64,000 nt of DNA from Eledone cirrhosa (GCA_964016885.1 OZ024742.1:280798001-280862000); one strand, 5' to 3'. Counted from the stretch's first letter, positions 1 to 15,073 are shown. Program-made: numbers and translations. The notes: generated from the letters alone by a model not told the origin.

Positions 1-545
1 AAGTAGGAGATCCTGTAGTTACTAGCTATATTAGCTCCGCATAAGGGTCTTGTTGGTGGTCCTGTTGTCGGGTAGTCGACTGTCTTGTGGTATTTGCCGT
101 GCCCATACAAGGGTGGTATGCCATTGTTAGACGCCTGGAAGTTGTTGGCAGTGCGTCTGCTTGGCTTTAGGATGTCAATCCACATCATCATGTGAGCGTT
201 GAGGATTTTCTCTCTCCCATCGTGTGTTTATTGTGCAATTTCGCTCGTGTTGGTGATGTGGGGTTGCATAGCCTTGATGTGGTTCGGCATGCTATCTATT
301 GACATCCTACCAGACTCATCCGTGGGTAGACATACTACCTCACCATCCCTTGTGCGCTGCTTGAGGCTAACCAAGCATTCTACAAGTTTCCTCCCAAGTT
401 GTTGGGCCTCTGGTCTGCTCTGTCTCTTAGTATACCTGTCTACTATTTGATTATCTTATTTCTAGCTATGGTGAACTGTGCCTCTGTCTCGTCATCTATT
501 TGTTGTGGTATGCAAACTCTTTTATTAAAAAGTAACCTCGTAGGA
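1..545 (-). mobile_element. Penelope-like element RT N-terminal fragment (runs off window start)
   Basis: Reverse complement of 1-190 is near-identical to 21222-21410 (WIDILKPSRRTANNFQASNNGIPPLYG...PPTRPLCGANIAS), just upstream of the PLE RT ORF at 21419. Confidence 0.85.
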
Positions 546-559
546 TAGATATTACCAAA

Positions 560-1092
<533 letters not shown>

Positions 1093-1579
1093 TAATATTT
1101 GATGAACATTTACATGTTATAGTTGCAATTGACTAATAAGATCGCTAGAGTGAAAAATCTTAATTCAACAACATAAGGTCTGCCTGTACGATCTAGAAAT
1201 TAATAAATCAATACTCACAGACTCATATGGGCAAAAAGCCTTGGTACCTAGACACGTTTAAAATTCAAAATACAAACTTTTTCCGCAGATCGGTCAGAAC
1301 TTCAAACTTCAAACATGTTTCACAAAGGATGGTATAATAGTAAAATAATTAACTAATTAGCAGTGAGTTAATCAACTTTTTCTGTGTTTATCAATAGGCA
1401 CCCAGATAAAAATAAAATAACTCAACCTCAGAAAAATATCTAAGGTCTGGTTAGCGTAGCGAAAATACACGAGGTTTTGCACACGGCTTATTCCAGTCCT
1501 CTAACGTCCCACACATAGTGCTAGAAATAACAGCCGTTTGTATGGGATTACAAAATTCAGCTCACCTTGGGGAGCAGTG

Positions 1580-1637
<58 letters not shown>

Positions 1638-2004
1638 GAAAGGGATGAAATCGAAACGATAATGCAACTGGAGTCTTTTTAAGAATATTTATTTGGTTCC
1701 CTTACCGGCTTCGCTGTTCTTATGCTTCTAAAAATTAGAATTGAGATGGAGGGTTTGATGTTTATATATATATATATGATATTGTGTGTTTGTGTATGTG
1801 AAAAGGAGAGATGTAGAGTTTCGGGTGTTCTGCTCACGATTATCAGCTCGTGAGATCAGCACTGTTTATTTCACTCAGGAGGTAATACGATTGTTTACGC
1901 CCTTACACCACTACCAATAGCCCACAGTTGATTTCCATCTTTAGGGAAATATCATTGTTTCTATTTTATTTTTGTTATTTTCTTTGTGCCTCAATTAGAG
2001 ACCA

Positions 2005-2590
2005 GGATTGGCAGTATGGGTGGAGGGTCCGACACCATGCTTTCCAGCATAGTTACGACCCTTTACGATCTGAGTTCAAATCCCGCTGAGGTTGACTTTG
2101 CCTTTCATCCTTACGGGGTCGATAAAATAAAGTACCAGTAATGTACTGGGTTATGGCTGGCCTTGTTCCTAAAGTAGAAATAATTATTATCATTGTTTCG
2201 GTGGTGAATTGGAGTATCGATAGAGCGTTAGACACCATGCTTTGCAGTGTAAAGGTATGGACCTTTACGTTCTGAGTTCAAATCCCGTCGATGTTACCTT
2301 TGCCTTTGACCCTTACGGGGCCGATAAATTAAAGCACCAGTAATGCACTGGGATTATGCTGGTCTTGTGCCAAAAGTAGGAACAATTACTATTATTGTTT
2401 CTGGATTGGCAGTATCGGTAGAGAGTCGGACGCCATGCTTTCCAGTATAGTTACGTCTCTTTACAGTCTGAGTTCAAATCCCGCCAAGGTTAACTTTGCC
2501 TTTCAACCTTACGGGGTCGATAAAATAAAGTACCAGTAATGTACTGGGTAATTGCAGGTCTTGTGCTAAAAGTAGAAACAATTATTGTTT
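2005..2590 (+). mobile_element. Three head-to-tail copies of a ~195 bp tRNA-derived SINE
   Basis: Each unit has A-box-like TTGGCAGTATCGG, B-box GAGTTCAAATCC, core ACTTTGCCTTTCATCCTTACGGGGTCGATAAAATAAAGTACCAG and an (ATT)n tail. Confidence 0.9.
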
Positions 2591-4636
2591 CTAAGGCTTA
2601 TGTTTTTTTTTCTGTTTGTTATTCCATCTCCATCAATTACGATATTAACTATATAAGGAGCTACGTTTTCAATAGTTAGTCTATTTTAAGATCTTAGGGC
2701 ATTTATCTACAGATTTGACTCCCATTACTAGCGGGCTGTACAAAAATTTCGTCTCGTCTAATGATATTTTTTTTTTAGTTTAATGAACGCTTTTGATTCT
2801 GCTGTATATAATTCTATTGTAGTAAACTCTCTTCTAGACCAAATCTGTTACAAAAAGCAGCCAACATTTTACTAAGTGCTTCTCTGGTTCTATTAAATAA
2901 AGTCACTCATTTTATAGGTTTCCAACTTATATTAAAATTTTCCAACATGTGCACCATAGTATTTTTTTTTAATGGAGTACACATTCCTTAATGTAGTCTT
3001 AATATATGTCTGAAAAAATAAATAAATAGGAGATAATCATAACCACATACGGATTTGGTGAATTGTTTGCTCGATTAGGTTTATAATAAGAGCAAACATC
3101 CACATTCTACTACAATTGTAATGGTTTGTAACTTAGTAACCAGGCGAGCAATTTTGTAGCTTAGGATTTGTGTGGTACTTTGTTTTATCGACCCCTACAA
3201 TGATTAGCGTCTAATTTTGCATCGCTGGAACATGAAATTTTATAGTTAATAGGCATAAATAAGTACTGCAATATATTTGCTTAGATGCTAACAATTCTGC
3301 CACCCTAATCATTATAATAATTGACAATTTAGATGAAGTGGATAATTGATTAAATAATCCCGAGTATTTGACAGGTAGTAATGTTAATGACAAGCTTCCT
3401 CTTGGTGGAATGAAAGCTATAGTCAACACATTTAAATTTGAACTAGGTAACATTAAGGAACATAAATAAATATATAAAATATCAGAAATTATTTTGTCTG
3501 ACACCCTATCGTTTCTATAAAAACATCAGATACAAGGTATCCCCCTCAACGCAGCAGCTAAGATATAAGTATTTCAATAGTATAAAAAGAAAATTAGCTC
3601 AAAAACTACAAGGAACAACATGGGAAACAGAACCAAAATCAAAAAACAACAACAACAAACGACAGGAGCAACAGACAAAACTACACCATCAAGAGTCATA
3701 AAATCAAAAACAGTTCTAAAGAGAAAATCATAAAACGTCTTGTTGAATCGCTCGCTTGCTCAGATGTGAATTACAGAATTACGCAACAGAAACGACACAT
3801 GTCAAATATTATGTTAAACATTTGTAATTTATTCACTGTCGGATTGCGAGTAGTCAAAAAAATATAGAATCATAAATAAATAGAAATTATCTACAAGTGA
3901 GAGATCTTAGTGAGATTGATACACTTCATCAGCCCTTTTGAAATTAGGGATTACACCCCAAACCTCTTATTACTTCATGTTTTATGATGGAGATGACATC
4001 AGCAGGGATCCTGGTAGGAACGAGTACTGGTGCGAATGTCGGAAGAGATGGTGATGGCATGGGAGGAAAGATATTTTTCCTTTTTGTTTTAAATCATTTA
4101 AATTAGCTCAAAGTGTTACTCCCTTATTCTAAACACAAATAACTATTCTTTTGCTTTCTATTTCATGCAATGATATAGGGTGTCTCTATATCATTTAGTA
4201 GATGGCGTTCTTTCTTTTACTTCCATATATTTTAGAAAGAAATGTTTATGTTTACGTAACTGTAAAAGAAAAAAGAAAAAAGAACAGAAATGGAAGATTA
4301 GAAAGAAGGGAACAAAATGAAGTCAAATATTTACAAATAGAAAAAAAAATCACAAAAAGAAATTCCTACATTACCAGCAAGACCAACAGAAAGAAAACAT
4401 GAACCTCATACACTACTGCCAACTCTATCATATACAACAACAACAACAGACACAACATCAACGAAAACTAAGATCACGAAAAAAAAACAAATGTTTAATT
4501 TAAACTATTTCCAGATGGAATGAGTTATCCAGAATATTTCATTTCAAACATGATGAATTTTTAAAGTTCTGAAGAAGTATAATAAAAATAAATAAAATAT
4601 AAGATAAAATGAATACCATTTTTACCTACACATGCA

Positions 4637-4699
<63 letters not shown>

Positions 4700-4735
4700 T
4701 ATATATATATGTATACATATATATCTATCTATCTT

Positions 4736-4780
<45 letters not shown>

Positions 4781-4833
4781 CGTGTGTATGTGTGTGTGCA
4801 TGTGAGGAAGTGTATGTGAGTGTGAGAGTGTGT

Positions 4834-4874
<41 letters not shown>

Positions 4875-5196
4875 GGTGAATATGTGTCTGTATGAATATA
4901 ATATGAATATACGATGAATATAGTTATGTAAGCAGATGACTTAATACAAAGGACCACCCTGCCGTCTGTAAACACAGTAAGTGGTGTGAGATAAAGAGGG
5001 GGTTCAGGGCGTGTATCAAACAAAATGGAATGTTACATACATGTATGTATACGTGTATGTATGTATGTATGTATGTATGTATGTATGTATGTATGTATGT
5101 ATGTGTGCACGTGTATGCGCTTATTTGTGTAGACAGTTGTGTATATTTTACAAATACATATACTCACTCACATATATCTATATACATATGTGTATG

Positions 5197-5240
<44 letters not shown>

Positions 5241-5425
5241 TATATATACTCACGCATGCACACACGCACACACGCACACACAGACAAACACACACACACA
5301 AACACACATTTATATATATTCTAGTCGATCGACTTTCGTCAAATCGGACCGAGGAAACTATGTTTCCGTTGGTCTTTCCAATTGCTAATACTATCTATCG
5401 GTCGCAACTCCAGGTAGAAGGAGCA

Positions 5426-5538
5426 ACGTGAAATAAAGTGTCTTGCTCAAGGACATAACGCATCGCCTGGTTCAGGAATCGAACTCACAACCTCACGATT
5501 GTGAATCCAATACTCTAACCACTCAGCCACACGCCTTC
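5426..5538 (-). mobile_element. tRNA-derived SINE head (second family)
   Basis: Minus strand GTGGCTGAGTGGTTAGAG...GAGTTCGATTCC...GTCCTTGAGCAAGACACTTTATTTCAC; same family as 34510-34745. Confidence 0.8.
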
Positions 5539-5574
<36 letters not shown>

Positions 5575-5727
5575 GTATATATATGTATGTATATTTATAT
5601 GTATATGTAACATAAAAATATAATTATTTACACATGTGCACACAGACACACACACAGACACATACAGACACACACAGACTGACAGACACAGACACAGACA
5701 CACACACACTCACACACACACACACAT

Positions 5728-5794
<67 letters not shown>

Positions 5795-7009
5795 TATGTA
5801 TATATATATTGTAGAGCTAACTCTGTTGAAAGGACTTGACTGCTGTTTCTAGTTGTCGATAACCCTATTCACGCCACTGCGACGAAGCTGGTATGATGTG
5901 AGTATGTTTAGGAGATACAACACGAGTTACTGGCCAGTCGCTGATTTGAACTTAATGAGTAAACACAGATCGCTGGACTTCTTCCTTGTTGAAAATCCAA
6001 GTATCGGCCTCCGTGGTTTACCATTCGATTAATTGGTGAAATATATTTCTTTAATGGAATATATACAGGGAAGATTAATCATATTATAAGGTATCTATTT
6101 TTGAAGTTCTAGTTAACTTTATTTAGTTACCTACCTAGCTATGTGTGCTTGCACTGTGATTGTTTCATATGTTTATTTATATGTTAATCAATTTCTAGTT
6201 GTTATATATGTATGTATATATTTATATACATCTTCAGCATTAAGCCACACGTTTTCCAACTTTCATAAATATAAGTTGAAGGTGAAGTGCCCTTAGATCG
6301 GGGTGGATATTTTTGGAGTACAGTCATGGCACATGGTAATGACTTCGACATTTTAAAGCTCGCGGAACACACCCCTCTCCAAGCCTGAACGTAGCAGATT
6401 ACTTCACGCGAAAGAGAGAGAGCGGGAGAAAGAAATAATTGATCCCTCTTCTAATTTAGATTATATTTATAGACCTCAAACCGCTGGTCTATTGCCAAAA
6501 TTAGAAGTCCTGTTTGTATCTGCCACCAGAGTTAAAGCGGTCTTCACAACATGCGGTCACGGATTCTGAAAGATATAAAGGTATTTTGTACTTCATTGGA
6601 ACTTATTCAAAGACGATTCCTCTGATGGTTAGTTTCTCGTCTTCCTCAGCTTTACTGAAATGGATAGTTGGTAATCGAAAATCGATTACTTAGCTCTTTA
6701 GTTGATTCGGACTACTAACTATGAAACGGTACCATTTAGAAAATAAGAATTTTTCCACCCTAAATTACGTACTTTTTCCTATCTACTATGTGTTCACTAT
6801 CGATATGGGGCTCTTTCTCTTTGTATAGATACATATAACTAATACACATAACTAATACTAATTAGTTGTGCTTAGAACAAACGTACATTGGGCTTTTCTA
6901 CTGAGGATCATAATCATCATATATATATATATATATATATCTGTTATGATACCTATACAACTTCTACTGCCATTTCTATGTGCCGGCACAGTTAAAATGT
7001 TCTTCATAC

Positions 7010-7942
7010 CATGATGTTCTCTCGTTTCAGTTGACTCTCGGATCCCCTGTTCTCTAGAAAAGATTACCCAAATACTGTTTATTCCATTATAAAGAGGTGA
7101 GAACAGGAAAGGAGGAGTAGGATTTGCTGCGCAAACAGAAGTCACAAAGCTACTGGAGCAACCACAAGGCATTAGCGATCGAATTATTTATCTATGAGCT
7201 CCTCTTTTAAGGAGACGTTTCATGCCTGTCATTTCAGTGTATGGCTTTATTCTGGATAGTAGCCAGGAATCATTCATGATTGTTTACCAAGATCTATAAG
7301 ACTGTATAACATCGATTCCACATTCGGATAAGATCTTGCTTCCTGGAGCGTTTAATGTACGTGTGGGAAAAATGACCACATTTGGAGTGTTTTAGGACGT
7401 CATGGCATGGGCAGAATGAAAGTAAAGGTGAACTTCAATTAGACGATTTCAGAGCCAATTTCAGTGGAAAATGATGTCAACATGGGTGACATACCTGCAC
7501 CAACTCTGTTCTCCATCATCCTTGCCGTGATGTTGAAATATGCCTTCCAAGACTTCGGGTAAAGAGTGCTAAATGTTTTAGTCTTGATTTTAAAATGTCT
7601 TAGATTAGCAAGTATACACCTATTTGGGAGTTCATGTATGCTGATTATACAGATTTTGTGGTACACGCTGTAGAGGATAAGAAGTTGATATTGCTCATCT
7701 CCTCCAATACATTGACTGTGTTTGGGCTGCATATTAGTATGGAAATGATAATGGTATTTTACACTCTTCCGGTTGGGGAAGTGTATGTGGAGCCATATAT
7801 TTACGTGACAGGAAAAAGCCTTCAGGTGGTGGTCAGCTTTGAGTATCTCGGAAGTTCACTTAGCAGAGATTGTACTCTTGGCGTTGAAATAGATACAAGG
7901 ATTGCGAAAGTGAATCTTGGCTTTGGAAAGCTTGAAAAGTGA
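7010..7942 (+). mobile_element. Decayed, internally deleted RTE-clade LINE
   Basis: AP-endonuclease remnants (GGVGFA, ISDRII, GAFNVRVG) followed by RT remnants (APTLFSIIL, MYAD, FEYLGSSLSRDCTLGVEIDTRIAK). Confidence 0.85.
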
Positions 7943-8610
7943 AAAAAAAATAGCAACAAAACATTGCAAGCAGTTCACGGAGATATAGCGCTTGTATGAA
8001 GCACCGAACTAGCAGTCTCGTTATAACGCCGGATAGAATATTTTGCGGTTTTCATTCGCCTCTTATGCATTTATCATTTCGAGGTTTATAAAAAAATATA
8101 CCAGCATAGTACTGGAGTTGAATTTTCCTGTATTTACCTATCTTGCTTCCTCTGTATTTCTCTCTCTCACTCTGCCTTTCATTCTCCGAAAGGAAATGGC
8201 TGTATTGTAATCTGAAGAGTATCAGTAGTAACTGTGGTAGCATTGCAACGGAAGAGCACTCCGTTTTGTACTCTCAATTGCTGAACAAGGGACAAACTCC
8301 CATCTAATAATTTCGTGAAAGACTTTCATTAAGGGGTGTGGGACTACATAATGTAATGCGCTTGTCACATTAAAAAAATACGGTAGGGTGTGAATTGAGA
8401 GAGATTTGGCTGCTAAACGTGAAGACTGCTTCGTTGCTTTATCTAGGTTTTGTGACTTTGTGCCTACGTTAGTTAGAAATCATTTTTTTTCAGTCGATAT
8501 GCATAATAACAATATCTGATTTCTATTGGATTGGGAATAGGAAATGTTTCAGAGCGGGAAAGAAATTTGCATTATCGTTTTTTTGTAAAGGACAGAGAAA
8601 AGGAACGACA

Positions 8611-8679
<69 letters not shown>

Positions 8680-8739
8680 GAAAGAGAGGGATAAAGAGAA
8701 ACTTAAAGAGAAACTTAGAGAGAGAGAGAGAGAGGGAGG

Positions 8740-8826
<87 letters not shown>
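8611..8826. repeat. (AAAG)n/(GA)n compound microsatellite
   Basis: Visible tandem runs. Confidence 0.97.
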
Positions 8827-8829
<3 letters not shown>

Positions 8830-9045
8830 AGAAGAAGTGCAGATGGTGTGTAGAGTATTATGCCCGAAATCAATAGTAATCAAACACTAAACGAGAAAAA
8901 CCACTTGTGAATATATTCAGATTTTCCATTTCTTTTCGTATATATACATATTGTTTTATTGCTTACTATCCTGTTTGCATCTTAAATGTTTTTCTTAAAT
9001 ACTTATATACTAATTTGTCTAATGATTTTCCCCATGGCTCTCCTT

Positions 9046-9084
<39 letters not shown>

Positions 9085-9239
9085 CTGATTGCGTGTATGC
9101 GCGCTTATGTGTTTATGTATTTCGTGTTTGCTAGTTTGTTACAGCATTTCAAGGCAAATTGCAAAATAATTATATAAGAAAATGGAAACAGGACACCAGG
9201 TAGGAAGAACAAATATATCATTGATGAATATATATATAT

Positions 9240-9309
<70 letters not shown>

Positions 9310-9954
9310 TCTCACAAAATCTCTATTAAGAAAAAAAACAGGAAGACATATTTCTTTCACGCAATTCTCATCATTTCCCACCAACCACCACCAGCCATAC
9401 ATAAGACTAGTTCATTTCCTGTATATTAATTTTTTCCTTTCATTTTTGTCTTCCTTTTTCGGAAATTCGAACACCTGGCAAAGTTACTAGAAAGTAACGA
9501 TGAATCCACTTCAATTAGGTCTAATTTCTTTACTGGCGTTGTCATATCGCTATAACAAAATACTTTATCATTATCAGTTGCTATATAGCAAGAAACCTCT
9601 ATATCATAATTTGAAGACGAAGATCGTATCCAGTGTTCGTCTACGTAGCGTACCTGATGGTTGTGTGGCAAGAGAGCAATAATATTGTTCGAAGTTTTCC
9701 AAGAGTGTACTTCGTCGAATACTCTCAACCTCTGTCCTGATGAAAATCACAGTCAGACAATTGCTGGCATTAAAAAGAATTCACACTACTTGTAAAATTC
9801 GGGACATATTTATGATCTTCCTATACCTAAAATTGATGATTCTAGGACTCGCGAAATGAGGTGAATAATCACCACGGTTGGGGGTCGAAAAAATTGAAAC
9901 CTGACTTTGCTTTCACCAACTTTCAAAATTCCACCAGTTCAACGCCCTGGAGAA

Positions 9955-10102
9955 GTAAATTATTTTATCGATCCTGAAAGGAAATGAAAGGGCAAAGTTG
10001 AACTCGGCGGGAATTGAATTTAGAGCGAGCGAAGAGTTCAAAATAATAACAGAAGAAATTTTTGTCCGACGCTGTAATGGTTTTTTTCTTTCTCATTCAC
10101 CA
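9955..10102 (-). mobile_element. Diverged SINE copy (family of 2005-2590)
   Basis: TTTTATCGATCCTGAAAGG...GGCAAAGTTGAACTCGGCGGGAATTGAA matches the reverse complement of the core and B-box. Confidence 0.75.
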
Positions 10103-10475
10103 CCATATGTTGTAAGATAATAAATGTTTATGCACTTGAACAATATAGTGATGACATGAATTCACATAATTAAAAACCAATTGCTATAGAAGAAAGAAAA
10201 TGGTTGCCAATTTCAAAATCTGCAGTGTGTAATATGGTTAATCCGACATTATACTGAGTGACACTCACTAGGGACAACAAATAAAGTACGTGAATTTCCT
10301 GTGTTCTGCTTCAATCATTATTATTATATCATTCTTTAATAAACAAGGAAATGTTTCTACTTAACACAATCGTCCTCACGTTCATTAATGAATCCAACTA
10401 TTTATTTTATATATACGCATTTATATGCATGTATGTATTCCTGTATGTATGTATATAAGTATGTATGCATGAATG

Positions 10476-10550
<75 letters not shown>

Positions 10551-10582
10551 GTGCGTGTGTGTATGTGTGTGTTTGGTGGGGT

Positions 10583-10725
10583 ATCTCTGTGCGAGGAAGC
10601 TTTTTTTATGTGTCTGTATATACACACACACACATACATATATATGTGTGTGTGTGTGTGTGTGTGTTTATCTATAATGTGCGCTCGGACATATACATAT
10701 ATATGTACGAGCGCACATTATAGAT

Positions 10726-10760
<35 letters not shown>

Positions 10761-10821
10761 TATATATGTATGTGTGTGTGTGTATATACAGACACATAAA
10801 AAAGCTTCCTCGCACAGAGAT
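10583..10821. repeat. Inverted repeat (~110 bp arms) between (TG)n and (CA)n tracts
   Basis: TATCTCTGTGCGAGGAAGCTTTTT...TATAATGTGCGCTCG mirrored by CGAGCGCACATTATA...AAAAAGCTTCCTCGCACAGAGATA. Confidence 0.9.
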
Positions 10822-10913
10822 AAATTCACTGTTATGAAAATCTTGAAACTGAGCGATGATAATGATAAAAATGATGGTCTTGATATAACAGATACACACA
10901 CACACACACACAT

Positions 10914-11005
<92 letters not shown>

Positions 11006-11404
11006 GTTTTAATTATGTTTACAATTGCACTCTAACTCTCACTATAGATTGATATACACAATAATAATATATTGTGTTTCCAGGATAAATTAAACGAATA
11101 AACACTTACGCAAAGAGACAACATGTTCACACGTAGACAACCAAAAACAAACACGCATACCCATCCATATATATGAATATCTATACACATTGGCGGACTG
11201 GGTCTACAAATATTGGTTGCCAGGAGATGAAGGGGGCCTACCTACATATAGAATGCTAAAATTTAATTTTTATAATGAATAAAAAGCATTTTCGAAAAAA
11301 TACTTAAGTGGAAACGAAAAAGTGCAATCAAATGTTTGCGGAAAGATATCTTACCTTCTCCAATAAAAAATATTATGTATTTTGCTAAATCCAGAGTCTT
11401 TCAA

Positions 11405-11860
11405 CAATAACCCGAAGTCAGCCCTAAATATTACTAAAAGCTCTAGGAAAGCCATCTTTTTAAATTTGAAAGTAGGTTTATAATTATGAATTTTGATTGT
11501 ACTTTCGTAGCTGTCTCGGTGGCCTAGTGGGAGAAATCTTGCACAGTGATGATCCTGGTCTGAAGTTCGAATCTGGTCGTGAGTATGGTTCCCATTAAAA
11601 CTTTTCAGTTTTTTTTTTCTATCGGTTGTAAAATAAAAACTGAAAAGTTTCCATGTACTTCTTGACCAGTAATGAACCCAAGGCCAGGTTCTCCACAGTC
11701 TCTAGTACCTACCGTTAGGCCACAGAGACAACCACGAAAATCTTATGAAAATTCATACTTATAAACCTACTTTCAAAATATTCAAAACAAAGTGTTGTGG
11801 TGTCCTTTATGTCTTCATTAATGCTATTGCTCCTATTTAAGGTCGACTTCTAAATTATTT
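11405..11860. repeat. Old fold-back with a tRNA-like head on each arm
   Basis: TTTGAAAGTAGGTTTATAA...AAACTTTTCAGTTTTT mirrored by AAAAACTGAAAAGTTT...TTATAAACCTACTTTCAAA; left arm has TGGCCTAGTGG and GTTCGAATC. Confidence 0.75.
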
Positions 11861-12067
11861 GGGTGTTCCATAAACTACATCCTCGTTTTGTTTCACATCT
11901 ATCTAGACAATATGTTAACCTGTAATCCATGTTTCATTTCTGTTGCACCTCATTTTTAACCACCCCCTCTCTTTCTCTCTGTGATATTTGAATCTGCTAT
12001 GAATTGGGCTTATTTTAATCATATATATTTTTTTTTTGCATGTCAAATTCAAACTTACAATGATTAG

Positions 12068-12126
<59 letters not shown>

Positions 12127-12128
<2 letters not shown>

Positions 12129-14739
12129 AACCAGTAAGACCCCGACGGCTGAGCTCAAACCGTTTCGACGGCTAATTCTGGACTAAATGAAAATTTATCC
12201 TGGTATTTAAATAGCCGAGCTTCTAAAGGAGTAATTCCATATATGGTCAAAGTGATTGTCAAAAGTTAGTAGTAATTCTGTGATGGCAAATTAGTAGGGG
12301 AGATGGTGGCTAAACCTGCCAGTAGGAGAAAAGGGGAGGGGGTGGAGTAGACCCAATCATGCCTTGGTAGTGCCGGCTACAGCTGGGCATGAGGTCAAAG
12401 AAGATACTGGGGAGGTGGAGGGGGAGGAAGTCAAAACGGTAGGTAGAACAATGAGGGGTAAAAATATATATATGAAAGAAAAAATACTGAGAGTGATGAA
12501 AAGCGAATAAGTGTAAAGAAAAAAGAAATTCTACGACCTAAGTCTCTAGCTATTGTTAGGCTAGATAAATAAATAAATAAAGAAAGAAATAAAGAAAGAA
12601 ATAAAGAAAGAAATAAAGAAATAAAGAAATAAGTAAATAAACTAGGTGGGACGGAATAGGAAAGGACCCTTTTAAGAGGTATAAGTACGTTAATCATACG
12701 GTGACGGGTCAACAAATGGGGCCAAAATACTAAAGAAACTGCCGCGAAATAAATAAAAAAATAAAAAAGGTTTCTACCCCGGGCACAAGGCCAGCAACCA
12801 CCCAGTGCAGAAAAGTAAACTAGTACGAGATAATAATTCTGAGTCCCGGAAAAAATATACTAGTGCTAACTACCGCCACGCTACAAAAGTTCTTATACAA
12901 GCTACATGAAAGTTCGTACGAAGTAAAAGTAGAATACGGAAAAATAAAAAATAAAATAAAATCAGAATCCACCCCGCCCATGAGAAAAGAGAAGAAAGAA
13001 ATACTGAAACGAGAAATTAAGGCATAAGTGCCACTAAGAAATATAGAAGGCACGGAAAAAAGGGGGAGCGGTGGGAAAAGGGGGCAAGTATCCGAGGTCT
13101 AACACAACTGCTATAAAAAGCGGAGTCCGCCAAATCTATCATAGACTAGGGGAGGGGGTGGGGGTACTGGGGCTACAAGGGGCCAAAGGGCAGCCTCGGG
13201 TGGGCGAGAAAAAGACGCCGACAAAGAAGAACTGGGGTAGAAGGACTAAGGAGGGATGGGGGAAGAAGGAAATAAAGGAAGCGATAAAAGAATAAAAAGA
13301 AGATCTTACGTCTCCCTTGGCAAGCAGGGGTTACCCATTGCAAAATTGGCAAGTGGGGTGTTATAGCCCTAGTCTACCCCCCCCCCCGGGTCATTATGGG
13401 GTTTGAGGGCGAGGTAAGTCCTACGCAATCTATGTTTACATGCAGTAACCAGTTCACCTTTCTTGTTTAGGAGTTGGTCGGTCGAAAACAGCATTTGTAA
13501 AGTTTCCTCCGAGCATAAATTGCACGGACGGCGTCCCCTCGTGTAAGAGTTGGCTCTGGACAGTAATCTCCAAGTGAGATCATAGGTGATGTTGTTGTCC
13601 TTGAGGTCCCATATGTGGCCCGAAAGTGTAGTGGCGTGACGGCGGGCGGGTTTCGGAAGGTATGTCTATATTGGTATAGCCGGGTCTTGAAGTTACATGC
13701 CGTTAGTCCTATATAAGCTTTGTTGGAGGTGTCCGTCCTCACGTTGCACTGGTAGATCACATTACGGTCTCTGCATCTATTGTCGAGTGGGCAAATGGAT
13801 CTATCCGGACAGTTGCACCTCCTGGTCGGCTCTCCACTGCTATTTAGGTTATTTCTGCCATCGGGGTTGAGTTTTTTGTTGTTAGAGGAGACGATGTTTT
13901 GTGCGAAGTTTGGTGTAGTTCTGTAAGAGAGTTTGATGGTATTTTTGTTAATTATGTTGTGGTAGCGGTGTTGTAGTGGGAAGTGTTTTTCAATGAGCCT
14001 GAAGAATATTTTCCCGATGGGACTTGTCACCTCTGCGTTGTGGGGAGGATTGAACCATGTTACATTGCGTGAGCGGTGGTGTCTCCTGCTGGTTCCGCTA
14101 ATGGGAGCTGGACAGTAGGATATTTCCTCCCGGAAGCCACTCCGTGCCTTCTATATTTCTTTATTTCTTTATTTCTTTCTTTATTTCTTTATTTATGTAT
14201 TTATTTCTTTATTTATTTATTTATCTAGCTTAACAATAGCTAGAGACTTAGGTCGTAGAATTTCTTTTTTCTTTACACTTATTCGCTTTTCATCGCTCTC
14301 AGCATTTTTTCTTTCATATATATATTTTTACCCCTCATTGTTCTACCTACCGTTTTGACTTCCTCCCCCTCCCCCTCCCCAGTATCTTCTTTGACCTCAT
14401 GCCCAGCTGTAGCCGGCACTACCAACGCATGATTGGGTCTGCTCCACCCCCTCCCCTTTTTCTCCTACTGGCAGGTTTAGCCACCATCTCCCCTACTAAT
14501 TTGCCATCACAGAATTACTACTAACTTTTGACAATTTTGACCATATATGGAATTACCCCTTGAGAAGCTCGGCTATTTAAATACCAGGATAAATTTTCAT
14601 TTTGTCCAGAATTAGCCGTCGAAACGGTTTGAGCTCAGCCATCGGGGTCTTACTGGTTCCTATTACCCACTCTACTACCCTAAGTATTGAGTACTTTGGT
14701 GCGTTATGGTCCACCTGGTTCCTTACCACATTTCCTTCG

Positions 14740-14740
<1 letters not shown>
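12127..14740 (-). mobile_element. 5'-truncated PLE (CxCx5C linker, Hydra-type) with inverted terminal arm and 78 nt tail
   Basis: EN-coding segment on minus strand; about 12127-12625 is mirrored at about 14160-14662; tail 14663-14740; (TA)n on both sides. Confidence 0.9.
13467..14140 (-). pseudogene. PLE thumb/linker plus GIY-YIG endonuclease, frameshifted
   Basis: WFNPP, KLSYRTTPNF, CNCPDRSICPLDNRC, NVIY...AYIGLTACNFKTRLYQYRHTF. Confidence 0.88.
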
Positions 14741-14780
<40 letters not shown>

Positions 14781-14823
14781 TATAATATATATATATGTGT
14801 GTGTAAGGGGGTGTATCTATCTA

Positions 14824-14864
<41 letters not shown>

Positions 14865-14866
<2 letters not shown>

Positions 14867-15021
14867 ATGATATTAATAAATGGAAACTGTATTTATAAAA
14901 CTATAAATATAATTTCCATTTATTAATATCATTGATATTATACCCCAGAAAAGTTGTCGAGTGCTTCGAATCTGTTATAAATATATTTGTTGAATTACCA
15001 ACGAATTAAATATCCCTTTGC

Positions 15022-15025
<4 letters not shown>
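14865..15025 (+). mobile_element. Minimal hairpin plus tail element, same family as 58165-58605
   Basis: CAATGATATTAATAAATGGAAA...TTTCCATTTATTAATATCATTG, then a tail homologous to 58515-58605. Confidence 0.75.

Positions 15026-15073
<48 letters not shown>

Noticed and set aside
2005-2590. CRISPR-like or tRNA gene array
   Set aside because: Units are ~195 bp SINEs with no unique spacers and no complete cloverleaf; the context is eukaryotic.
9500-9750. Mariner fragment (EDEDR)
   Set aside because: A single short motif with no TIR or further transposase motif.
14555-14640. Hammerhead in the 12127-14740 family terminus
   Set aside because: CGGCTA/TAGCCG pairing and GAAA are present but there is no CUGANGA in either arm.
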